From: Eledone cirrhosa
Lineage: Eukaryota
Length of the DNA: 64,000 nucleotides
Direction: 5' to 3'
Assembly (NCBI GenBank): GCA_964016885.1
Contig: OZ024756.1
Span: 15,066,001-15,130,000, forward strand
Of this stretch, positions 53,316 through 64,000 are shown in pieces. The first letter of the stretch is position 1; each line of letters begins with the position of its first letter. The translations under genes were made by a program, and so were the position numbers. The notes under the pieces are model-generated. The model was not told the origin of the DNA. It saw nothing but the letters and a program-made list of their open reading frames with translations, and did not search any database.

Positions 53316-56300
53316 AATATATAAGTATATCATCATCATTTCATTTTATGTCCGCTTTTCCCTGCTTGCAAGGGTGGGACGGGAACTTATTCTGGCTTGA
53401 TTTCTACAGCTGGATGCCCTTCCTAACACCAACTTCATTTACAGTGAGTGCTGGGTGCTTTTTTTTCCGTGGCCCCTACACGTCCACTTTACAGTGTGGG
53501 CTAGGTGCCTTTTTTTTGCCGTGGCACCTCCACGTCCACTTTACAGTGTGGGCTGGGTGCTTTTTTGTCATGGCACCTCCACGACCACTTTACAGTGGAA
53601 TGATAGGGACCCCAGTCCCTATCATCTCATTTCTACAGCTGAGTAAACTGGAGCAATGGGAAATAAAGTGTCTTGCTCAAGGAAACAACACATCACCCGG
53701 TCTGAGAATTGAACTCACAACCTTTCGATCGCAAGCCCAATGCTCTAACCACTAAGCCATGTGCCTCCATATGTATGTATATATCATTATCAACATCATC
53801 ACTGTTTAATGTCTTATTTTTCCATGCTTGCATGGGTCAGATGGGTCGTCCACACTGTGAAGCAAGTCTGGCCATCTGGCCGCACCATACTTTGCTGGAT
53901 GTCCTTCCTAACACCAACTACATTGACAGTGTGGAACTGGGTGGTCCTGTTATGAGAAGGGTCTTGCCAGTAGGCTGCACCGTGCCCTGTTCAGATCCAT
54001 AATTGGGAGGGGGACCCACAATTTGGTAGGTCTGGCCACTTGGCCGAGTCAAATGATGCTCCATAACAGGGCCCCTGTTTTGACTGAGGATTTTTCCGGC
54101 TGCTGGATGCCCTTCCTAAACACCAACCACATTTGCAGTGTGGGACTAGGTGGTCGCCCTTATATGGAAAGTCTGGCCAATTGACTGTGCCATACCTTGC
54201 TCATATGTGACTGTGCCTTGGCTGCTAGCATGTCCTTCCTAACACCAACCACAGAGTGTGAAACTGGGTAGACCCACTTATGTGGCTAGCCTGGCCAGTT
54301 GACCACACCGTACCTAGCTCATACTGGGCCACCTTTTGGCTGCTCAATGTCCTTCTTAAACACCAACTACATTTACGGTGTAGAACTGGGTTGTACCGTT
54401 AAGAGGAGGATCTGGCCAGTCGGCCATGCCATACCCTGCTCATAGCAGAACCATGATATATATATATATGATGACCTGGGATGAGGTGATAAAAGCCGAC
54501 CTTACCCAATTACACCTCTCAAAGGCGATGACGCACAACCGTGACCTCTGGCGTCACACAGTAATACAGAGTACCCGACCTCCCATGGGTACAAGCTGAA
54601 GCATATAGACAATATGCCCCACACCCTCCCACTGCAAGGTGGTCGTGGAGGTGCCACGGCAAAAAAGCACCCAGCCCACACTGTAAAGTGGATGTGTAGG
54701 TGCCACGAAAAAGCACCCAGCCCACACTGTAAAGTAGACGTGTAGGTGCCACGAAAAAGCATCCAGCACTCACTGTAAAGTAGACGTGTAGGTGCCACGA
54801 AAAAGCACCCAGCCCACACTGTAAAGTGGACGTGTAGGCGTCACAAAAAAGCACCCAGCACTCACTGTAAATGAGGTTGGTGTTAGGAAGGGCATCCAGC
54901 TGTAGAAATCAAGCCAAATCAGTTCCTGTATGAGCAAGGCATGGTCAGCCGACCAGACACTGCCCACAACAGGACAACCCGTCTAACCCATGCTAGCGTG
55001 GAAGAACGGACGTAAAACGGTGATGATGATAATGATGATGATATATATATGTGGGTGTGTGTGTGTGTGCATATAACTAAATTGAATGTAAAAGCCTGAA
55101 GACAACCACAAACCCAACTAAACATAACCATACAACTACATCATCATTGAATTGATTCACAAAATCCCAGACCTCTTTTGCTTACTGAGTGGAGTGGAAT
55201 TTGTCAAATCAGACCAAGGAAACAATATTTCCATTGCTGATACTATCTACCAGTTGCAATGTGTCATACTCAATGACCAACACTAGATCCAGAAAACTGA
55301 AGGAAGAGTTAGACTATGTACAACCTTCTAACTATATCTCCACCTCCCTGTAAAACAACCACTGATCCCACACCAATTACTGGTATGGGGATGATGGACA
55401 TCATCAGGTGGCAGCCATTGCATTGTGGATTGGCAGTATCGGTAGAGGGTCGGACGCCATGCTTTCCAGCATAGTTACGTCCCTTTACGATCTGAGTTCA
55501 AATCCCGCCGAGGTTGACTTTGCCTTTCATCCTTACGGGGTCGATAAAATAAAGTACCAATAATGCACTGGATAATTGCTGGCCTTGTGCCTAAAGTAGA
55601 AACAATTATATAGTTTCTGTAAAATAGTGGTTCCTGATTTAAGCACAAGGCTAACAATTTTAGGGAAGGGAAAGCCGATTAAATTGACCCCAGTGCATTA
55701 CTGGTACTTTATTTTATTGACCCTGTAAGGATGAAAAGCAAAGCTAACTTCAGTAGGATTTGAAATCAGAATGTAAAGGGTTGTAACTTAATGCTGCAAA
55801 GTATGTTGGCCCATGTTCTACCGATATTGCCAATACACTGCTTTTGTACCACAAGTGATATAAATAATGGTTTCGACTATAGGAACAAGGCCAATAATTT
55901 GGGGAAAAGGGAAGTAGATAAAATCAACCCCAGTGCATTACTGGTGCTTTATTTCATTGACCCCATAAGGATGAAAGGCAAATCTATCCTCGGCGGGATT
56001 TCAACCCAGACCTTAAAGGGCCGTAACTCTATGCTGCAAAGCATGTTGTCCAACGCTCTACTGATTCTGCCAATCCACTGCCCTCACGAGTGATATAAAT
56101 AATTATTTCTACTTTTGGCACAAGGCCAGCAATTATCCCAGTGCATTACTGGTACTTTATTTTATCGACCCCGTAAGGATGAAAGGCAAAGTTAACCTCG
56201 GCGGGATTTGAACTCAGATGATAAAGGGCCGTAACTCTATGCTGCAAAGCATGGCGTCCGACCCTCTACCGATACTGCCAAATAATAAACAGAGATAACG

Positions 56301-56339
56301 AGGCAAACTTAAAATATGGAACTTTCTAAATGTTCTTAC

Positions 56340-56418
56340 TTGTTAGGGCCATATCCAATCATTGAGTAAGATTTTCCTGATCCAGTCTGTCCATATGCAA
56401 AGAGGGAGCAGTTGTAAC
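56340..56418 (-). CDS. KIF28: KIF28-like exon with P-loop (GYNCSLFAYGQTGSGKSYSMIGYGPN-K)
   Basis: Kinesin Walker A GQTGSGKS; CTGCAG/GTAAG boundaries; 79 nt. Confidence 0.96.
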
Positions 56419-56644
56419 CTGCAGAGTTACAAGAAAGTTTTAAAATAAACATATAGCAAAGAAAAAAACATTTTCTCTTACATCAGGGTAGAGTCACTTT
56501 AGCCATTTCAAAAAAACACACACACTGTTAAATTCCTGTTACTCTGTTTGTGACTTGGTCACTCATGTTTCCTCTGTTTGTAACTTGGTCACTGACACAG
56601 TGCCACTGCTGGTGATCTGGTCACTCTCTTGCAGTTCCACTGTT

Positions 56645-57530
56645 AGAGAGGGGAGAGATGCCACATGGTGAGGTGAGAGATGCAACATGGAGGGGTGAGA
56701 GGTACCACATGGAGAGGTGAGAGATGTCACATGGGGAAGAGTGAGATACCACATGGAGAAGAATGAGATACCACACGGAGAGGTGAGAGATACCATATGG
56801 AGAGGTGAGAGATACCATATGGAGAGGTGAGAGATACCACATGGAGAGGTGAGAGATACTACATTAAGAGGTGAGAGATACTACATGAAGAGGTGAGAGA
56901 TACCACATGTAGAGGTGAGAAATACTACAAGGAGAGGTGAGAGATACTACATGGAGAGGTGAGAGATACTACATGGAGAGGTGAGATATACTACATGAAG
57001 AGGTGAGAGATACTACATGAAGAGGTGAGAGATACTACATGAAGAGGTGAGAGATACCACATGTAGAGGTGAGAAATACTACAAGAAGAGGTGAGAGATA
57101 CTACATGAAGAGGTGAGAGATACTACATGGAGAGGTGAGATATACCACATGAAGAGGTGAGAGATACGACATGTAGAAGTGAGAGATACTACAAGGAAAG
57201 GTGAGGGATACCACATGAAGAGGGGAAGATACAACATGAAGAGGTGAGAGATGTCACATGAAGAGGTGAGAGATACTACATGAGGTGTGAGAGATGCTAC
57301 ATGAAGAGGGGAGAGACACCACATGGAGAAGTGAGAGATACCACATGAAGGGGGAAAGATACCACATAGAGCGTTGGAGAGGTGAGATGTCACGTGGAGA
57401 GGTGAGAGATGTCACGTGGAGAGGGGAAGGATGCCACATGGAGAGGGGAGGATGTTACATGGAGAGGAGTGAGATGTTACATGGGGAGGAGAGTGATGTT
57501 ACATGGAGAGGTAAGAGATGCCACATGGAG
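56645..57530. repeat. Degenerate about 22-bp minisatellite (gagaggtgagagatactacatg)
   Basis: Fills most of the intron between exons 57544-57668 and 56340-56418. Confidence 0.9.
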
Positions 57531-57543
57531 AATTGGAACTTAC

Positions 57544-57668
57544 CTTCATAGGCATTATTTAATAATGCTTTACCAAGGTCATTGAAGACAGCTTGTTGAC
57601 TGGCGTACTTGGAACCACCAGATCCATGGAGAATACCATTCTCATCTTCAGAAAAACCATCATGTGAC
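57544..57668 (-). CDS. KIF28: KIF28-like exon (SHDGFSEDENGILHGSGGSKYASQQAVFNDLGKALLNNAYE-G)
   Basis: TGTAG acceptor, GTAAG donor, 125 nt; kinesin-3 motor sequence; phases fit both neighbours. Confidence 0.92.
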
Positions 57669-59949
57669 CTACATTAAACAACAGAGAATTGCTACATGAT
57701 AGAAATAAAAATCTTTATTCAATAAATTTCAGTTAAATCCTACCCTGTCTGCCATAAAATAAGTTAAATAATTGTTTCTACTTTAGGCACAAGGCCAGCA
57801 ATTACCCAGTTCATTACTGGTACTTTATTTTATCGACCCCATAAGGATGAAAGGCAAAGTCAAATAATAATTGTTTCTACTTTTGGCACAAGGCCAGCAA
57901 TTACCCAGTGCATTACTGGTACTTTATTTTATCGACCCCGTAAGGATGAAAGGCAAAGTTAAATAATGAAAGTAAGGGGAAAGATGTGAGAGTAAGCGAT
58001 TCTACAGCTCAGCTGTACCCTGCAGACATGATCATAATGAAATCATTGTTGCAGAGAACAGCCAGCATTATATACTGCATCAGCCATTCCACCTCCCTGA
58101 GCTGCTTCATCCGATGAGAGGAACTCTTCCCAAATTTTGCTGAAGAAAAAAAGCAGTTTTAGGGCGAAGGACACCAGAGGTCTCAACAATAACCAGCATG
58201 AAAAGGAAGTGGTCAATATCTTAATTATTTCTTTTACAGGCTGTGAAATGGTAGAGTCAGTCATTAGAACGTCAGATAGAATGTTTTATGAAATTCATTT
58301 CAGCTCTCTATTCTTTCAGTTCAAATCCCACCGAGGTCAACTTTGCCTTTCATTCATTCAAGGTTGATAAAAATAATTGTTTCTACTTTTGGCACAAGGC
58401 CAGCAAATACCCAGTACATTACTGGTACTTTATTTTATCGACTCTGTAAGGATGAAAGGCAAAGTTAACCTTGGCGGGATTTGAACTCAGAACATAAAGG
58501 GATGTAAACTCTTTGCTGCAAAGCATGGCGTCCGACCCTCTACCAATACTGCCAATCCACCGCCTTTCAAGGTTGATAAACATAATACCAGTCTAATACT
58601 GGGGTCAGTTCTCCCTCTGTATCTTTGACTCACTTCCATTCTCTCACTTTCTTTATTCTTCTCTGGAAGAAATCTGCTGTATTATCTGACTTAATGTCAC
58701 TATGACATTTCTGTGATTCCCTCAGGAGTTAACATTTAAACTGACCATATCCAGCCAGAATCCTCTCACCTCTTTCTCTTCAAACTGACCATAACCGACT
58801 GCTCATATTTATGTTAAGGTATTGTTCTCAAAATAAATATCAAAATCTTGTAGAGTCGATATCATGTGAGATAAAGTGTAAATATAGAGTAATCATCATC
58901 ATCATCATTATTTTATGTCCGCTTTTCCTTGCTTGCAAGGGTGGGACGGGAACTTATTCTGGCTTGATTTCTACAGCTGGATGCCCTTCCTAACACCAAC
59001 CTCATTTACAGTGTGAGCTGGGTGTTTTTTTGCCTTGGCACCTCCATGACCACTTTGCAGTGGAATGATAGGGACCCCAGTCCTATCATCTCATTGCTAC
59101 AGCTGAGTAAACTGGAGCAATGTGAAATAAAGTGTCTTGCTCAAGGAAACAACACATCACCCGGTGTGAGAATTAAACTCACAACCTTTCGATTGCAAGG
59201 CCAATGTAAATACTAAAGGGTTAAGAGACCATGAAATGCCTTATGTCACTACAGCACCCTTATGACTCCCTCGGGAGGTAAGAGGGCAGGAATGCATATA
59301 ATTATTCTTTAGTGGTGGTTTATTGTTGCTAATAGTAAAGGGTGTAGTGAACAGTATTTCATCTATCAATTCCAGTCACAGCTTATTGGTCTCATGACAA
59401 GACACTTGACAGAATCAGTAGAGCATCAGAGCAGGTGCTTTGAGACATCTAGTTATGATCGTTTACATTCTAGGTTCAAATCCCGCCGGGGGAGGGGGGG
59501 GGGGGGTCAACTTTGCCTTTCGTCCTTCCAAGGTCAATGAAATAAAGTACCAGGACTGATATAATCGACATACCCACCCCCCACCATACCCCCACCCCCA
59601 CCCCACAAACTGCTGGCCTTTGTGTCTAAGTTAGAAATCATTTCAGTCCATTTAACTGTTTAGTAAAGAGTACTACACCCACTTTCACGGTTGCGTAGTT
59701 CCAAAGACTGATCCAGATCAATGTATTGGAAATACACAGCCTAAGGTGGGTGGCGGGGGAGGGGAGGGGAGCAGTCAGTGTACAGGAAGAGACTGCCTGG
59801 GGGAGGAGCAGGGGGAGGAGGGAGCAGTGAGTGAGACAAGACCAGACTTGCCCCTCCGCTATATGTTCGGGCTCTTTAACCTCATGTTTTGTCCACCATC
59901 CTCTCTGTCGCTGTTCTTCATCTTTAACTTGACCATTCTGTTGTGGTCT

Positions 59950-60429
59950 TGAGACAGACAGACAGACAGACAGACAGACAGGGGAAGAGGGGGAGAGAGG
60001 GGTAGACAGGAGGAGAGAGAGAGAGAGAGAGACAGGGGGGAGAGGTAGACAGGAGGAGAGAGAGGGACAGACAGACAGACAGAGGGAGAGAGAGAGAGAG
60101 AGAGAGGTATACAGGAGGAGAGAGAGATAGACAGACAGGGGGGAGAGAGGGAGAGAGAGAGGTAGACAGGAGGGGAGAGAGGGAGAGAGAGACAGGGAGA
60201 GAGGGAGGTAGACAGGAGGGGGGAGAGGGAGAGAGAAAGAGGGAGAGGTAGACAGGAGGAGAGAGAGGGAGAGGTAGACAGGAGGAGAGAGAGGGAGAGG
60301 GGTCGAGAGGGAGAGGGAGGTAGACAGGAGGAGAGAGAGACGGGTAGACAAGGAGAGAGAGGGTGAGAGAGAGGTAGACAGGAGGAGAGAGAGGAGAGAG
60401 AGAGAGGGGCAGAGAGATAGACAGAGAGA

Positions 60430-60461
<32 letters not shown>

Positions 60462-60848
60462 CAGGGAGGGAGAGAGAGAGAGACAGAGGAAGAGAGAGAT
60501 AGGCAGGGGAGAGAGAGTGAGAGAGAGAGACAGAGGAAGAGAGAGATAGACTAGAGGAGAGAGAGATAGACAGGGGAGAGAGAGATAGACTAGAGGAGAG
60601 AGGGAGATAGACAGGGGAGAGAGGTAGACAGGGGGGGGGAGACAAGGGAAGAGAGAGATAGAGGGGGGAGAGAGAGTGAGACAGGGGGGAGAGAGAGTGA
60701 GACAGGGGGAGAGAGAGTGAGACAGGGGAAGAGAGAGAGTGAGACAGGGGAAGAGAGAGAGAGATAGACAGAGGGAGAGAGAGACAGGTAGACAAGGAGA
60801 AAGGGAGATAGACAGAGAGAGGGAGAGTAAAAGAGAGAGAGACAGAGT
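59950..60848. repeat. GA-rich polypurine compound microsatellite
   Basis: Direct inspection. Confidence 0.92.
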
Positions 60849-60979
60849 GAGTTCTGGCAACGACTGACATTGAATCAATTGAGGTCTCACTATCTACCAA
60901 TAAGATGTCCTTGGCTTCTACTTCCAGAGAGAACAGCTTAGCAGAATGGAGTTTAGAGGATGGGGTTTAGGACAGACCA

Positions 60980-61280
60980 CAGCACAGAGGTCAGGCGGTA
61001 GTAGATGATGGACATGATGTATGAGTTCACCAGCTCTGCCCTACCTTTCAAGGACAGCTTTCTCTCGGCCCATTTCTGGGTGAGACTGGCCACTCTGTTC
61101 GTCACTTTATCCCAGTTTTTGTCCATCTGGAGGTCTGGATCGAACCAGACCCCCCCCCCCCCCCCAAGTAATTTAACTAGTCTGTCCATCCAGCGTCCAA
61201 TAATGCTGTTGGACAGCATGGACCTGCCTCTCCAGGTGCCGAGTTGCACGCCCACTGACTTTTCTTGGTTAGTTTTCACT
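60980..61280 (-). mobile_element. Tx1/L1-clade LINE fragment (post-RT region)
   Basis: W..RKLSLKGRAELVNSYIMSIIYYRL motif. Confidence 0.75.
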
Positions 61281-61482
61281 CCATCAATGATTCATATTCC
61301 CCCAGAGCAGTGCTGATCACCTCAAAGTACAAACAGCTTAGCAGTTCGACAAGTCAAGAGTGATAAAATAAGTATCAGACTTTAAAAATATAATAGCAAA
61401 TCTCTCAACGGCAGTGCAACAGCATGGCCATAGTCTAATGACTGTAACTAGTGAAAGAATATGAGAATATGAGAATAGTTAC

Positions 61483-61505
61483 CAATAGGAATAGTCAAAA
61501 CAAAA
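61483..61505 (-). CDS. KIF28: KIF28-like kinesin-3, 23-nt microexon (FCFDYSY-W)
   Basis: CAACAG|TTT TGT TTT GAC TAT TCC TAT TG|GTAAC. It matches the kinesin-3 FxFDYSYWSHD motif and joins in phase to the next exon (TG+G = Trp). An in-frame TAA just upstream limits its length. Confidence 0.8.
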
Positions 61506-62409
61506 CTGTTGCAGTTACAAGATGTTGCAGTTACAAGATGTTCCAGAGATTTCCATTGAATTTTTTTGAGAAGACGTTTCCAAAAAGAAAAAAAGATAAT
61601 AACAATAATTATTATTTCTAATTTAGGCAATAATAATAATAATTGTTTCTACTTTTGGCACAAGGCCAGCAATTACCCAGTACATTACTGGTACTTTATT
61701 TTATCGACCCCGTAAGGATGAAAGGCAAAGTTAACCTCGGCGGGATTTGAACTCAGAATGATAAGGGCCGTAACTCTATGCGTCAAAGCATGGCGTCCGA
61801 CCCTCTACCGATACTGCCAATCCACAATGATTTCATTTATTAGCCACAAGGGCCAACATGTAGGGGACAATACAGAGACAGGGACAGTGGGGGTTTACAA
61901 TAACGTCGAGTAAAAGTGCACAATGGCAAGACTAATTTAACAATGAAGATATACAAATATAAAATAAACTATGTATAAATATAACAAAATAAATAAATTC
62001 CCCTATCGGAGGTGGACGACCCTGAACCACCCTGCGCTTCTAGGGCAATAATAATAATAATAATAATTGTTTCTACGTTAGGCACAAGGCCAGCAATTAC
62101 CCAGTGTATTACTGGTACTTTATTTTATCGACCCCGTAAGGATGAAAGGCAAAGTTAACCTCGGCGGGATTTGAACTCAGAATGGCAAGGGCCATAACTC
62201 TATGCGTCAAAACATGGCGTCCGACCCTCTACCGATACTGCCAATCCACTGCCTCATAATAATAATAATAATAATGGTTTCTTTATTAACCACGAGAGTT
62301 GACATAAAGTATAACATTAAGGACAGCACAGGATGGTACAAATGGGCATTTCTGCGTGTAAGGAAAAAAACCCAAAGAAAATGACAAAAAAGAAACAAAG
62401 GAAAATTCC

Positions 62410-64000
62410 CCAATAGGGGGAAGACTTCCGAGGGACACTCATGGAGAAATCACAGTGACCCTCTCCCACTTTTCCACCTTCAATTTACAGCCGCATACTC
62501 AGAGCAGGCCCATTCACTCGGGCCATGATTGCCTCTCTCACCCATCTTTCAACAAATTGCTGGGAAGAGAGCACTTCCCTCTCCACCTTGATTTTCCTTT
62601 GCCAGCACCTTGGCCAAAATCTTGAACTCTGCGTTTATAACAGAGTTATGGGCCTGAAATTATCTATGTTATCCCCCTTGTTGGGGTCCTTTCTCAGCAG
62701 CACTACTGCTCCTCAGCTCACAGAGATAGGAATTCTTCTGTTCTGCTGCCGGTTGCAGTAGAAGTCTGCCAAGAGGTCGCCAAACAAGTCTGGCATGTGT
62801 ACGTAAAGTTTGTAGGGCAGACCATCCAAACCTGGCGATTTACCCATCATGCAGTCAGTCATGGCTACCCATATTTCAGCAGCTGTTATCGGCTTTATGC
62901 AACACTCCGTCATAGTGGCCTAGAGCCATGGCAGTCCATCGAGGTAGGCACCCACCACTGCCCCCGAACAGCTGAACGAAGTGCCGCTGAAAAGCAGCAC
63001 ACATTAGCTCGGGTTTGAGTAACATGCACCCATTGTGGTCCTCCAAAGACCGGATTGTGGCTTTGTTGCCACAATGCACCTCCACCACTTGAGCCCATCG
63101 AATGACTTTCATTCCCTCGTTTTCCAAGAGCACGTGCCCTAGTTCTGACAATGCAGCCATCATGCTTTGCATTGAAGAATTGGTCAAGGACCAATTTCGC
63201 CACAAGCACATTGGTCGCGATGCTTTTACTATGCCCCTCGTCTAATTTTATAACTAGTTCTCCCTCTGCTTTATTTTTCTCTATTGCTAACACCATACTA
63301 AACCTAATGGACTCCATTCTAATCGCCCTTTTCAGGGTGAACCACCATTTGTTGTTGACGATTGCCCCCGTCAGCACCTGCTTAACTAGTTCTCTAATCC
63401 AGTCTCTGTAAGCTATGCGCGCAGTGAAGGACACGTTTAGCTTCCAGGAGCTGGGTCCCTCTCTATGAAGCCTATCTAAGTCGACCACACAGGTCACGAA
63501 TTTGTGGTCTGTGTAGTCGACTATCTTGAATTGTAGACAGCCTATGCTAGAACTATCTATTTCCTTACAAAATACTCTATCTAGATAAGATCTGGATGAC
63601 CTGATGCGGTTTGTCCATGTCCACATTAGCACATTCGAGAAATCCAGTCGGTACCTGTTAGATAGTTGGAAACGTCTGAGCAGGTTTACGAGGCTTTACA
63701 CCCTCCTCTTCTATCTGTTAATCCCACACCATCCCAGCGTGCATCTAAGATCCCGCTCCAGTCGCCCACTAACACTACAGAGCAGGACGTTCCAAGAAGA
63801 GTCTCCAGATGGTGGAAGAAGTCAGGCCGTCATGCCCCTGTTGGGGCATAGACAGCCACTAGCCTGAAAGCTTGCCCTTCTCCATTGGTCACATCCAGCA
63901 CCACTAACTTACCTTCTGGGTCCAAGAAGATGACCCGTATTTCAAGATCCAGACTTCTCTGGAATAACACAGCAACCATCCACCCCCACCCACCCCTGAT
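62410..64000 (-). mobile_element. Tx1/L1-clade LINE fragment (APE endonuclease end to RT start)
   Basis: SYLDRVF, YTDHKFV, SWKLN, GKSPGLDGLP, DNFRPITLLN; frameshifted and rearranged. Confidence 0.8.

Noticed and set aside
59859-59950. Possible extra exon after the long CT-rich tract on the minus strand
   Set aside because: No kinesin similarity, and exons 61483-61505 and 57544-57668 already join in frame through a conserved motif.

Overview
Repeat-dense, AT-rich eukaryotic genomic DNA. The SINE/RTE/Penelope repertoire suggests a coleoid cephalopod such as Octopus, but that is inference. The whole window lies inside one minus-strand, multi-exon kinesin-3 gene of the KIF28/KLP-6 type. I reconstructed 17 phase-consistent GT-AG exons (61505 to 3334, 2178 nt, 726 codons) encoding most of the motor domain, the neck coil, coiled coil, FHA domain and downstream stalk; both gene ends appear to lie outside the window. 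The introns hold RTE, Tx1/L1, CRE-like and Penelope-like retroelement fragments, two tRNA-derived SINE groups, mariner/hAT/piggyBac-type elements, many satellites and long inverted repeats. The most notable observations are: (1) a 43-copy 71-bp array built from the end of the neck-hinge exon, in which each unit reads as an in-frame AG-36 nt-GT mini-exon; (2) at least five minimal hammerhead-ribozyme motifs, two of them forming an apparently perfect 330-bp palindrome; (3) satellites grown from piggyBac-type termini; (4) an intronic histone H2B fragment; (5) a 23-nt microexon. The long low-complexity ORFs in the track are repeat artefacts.
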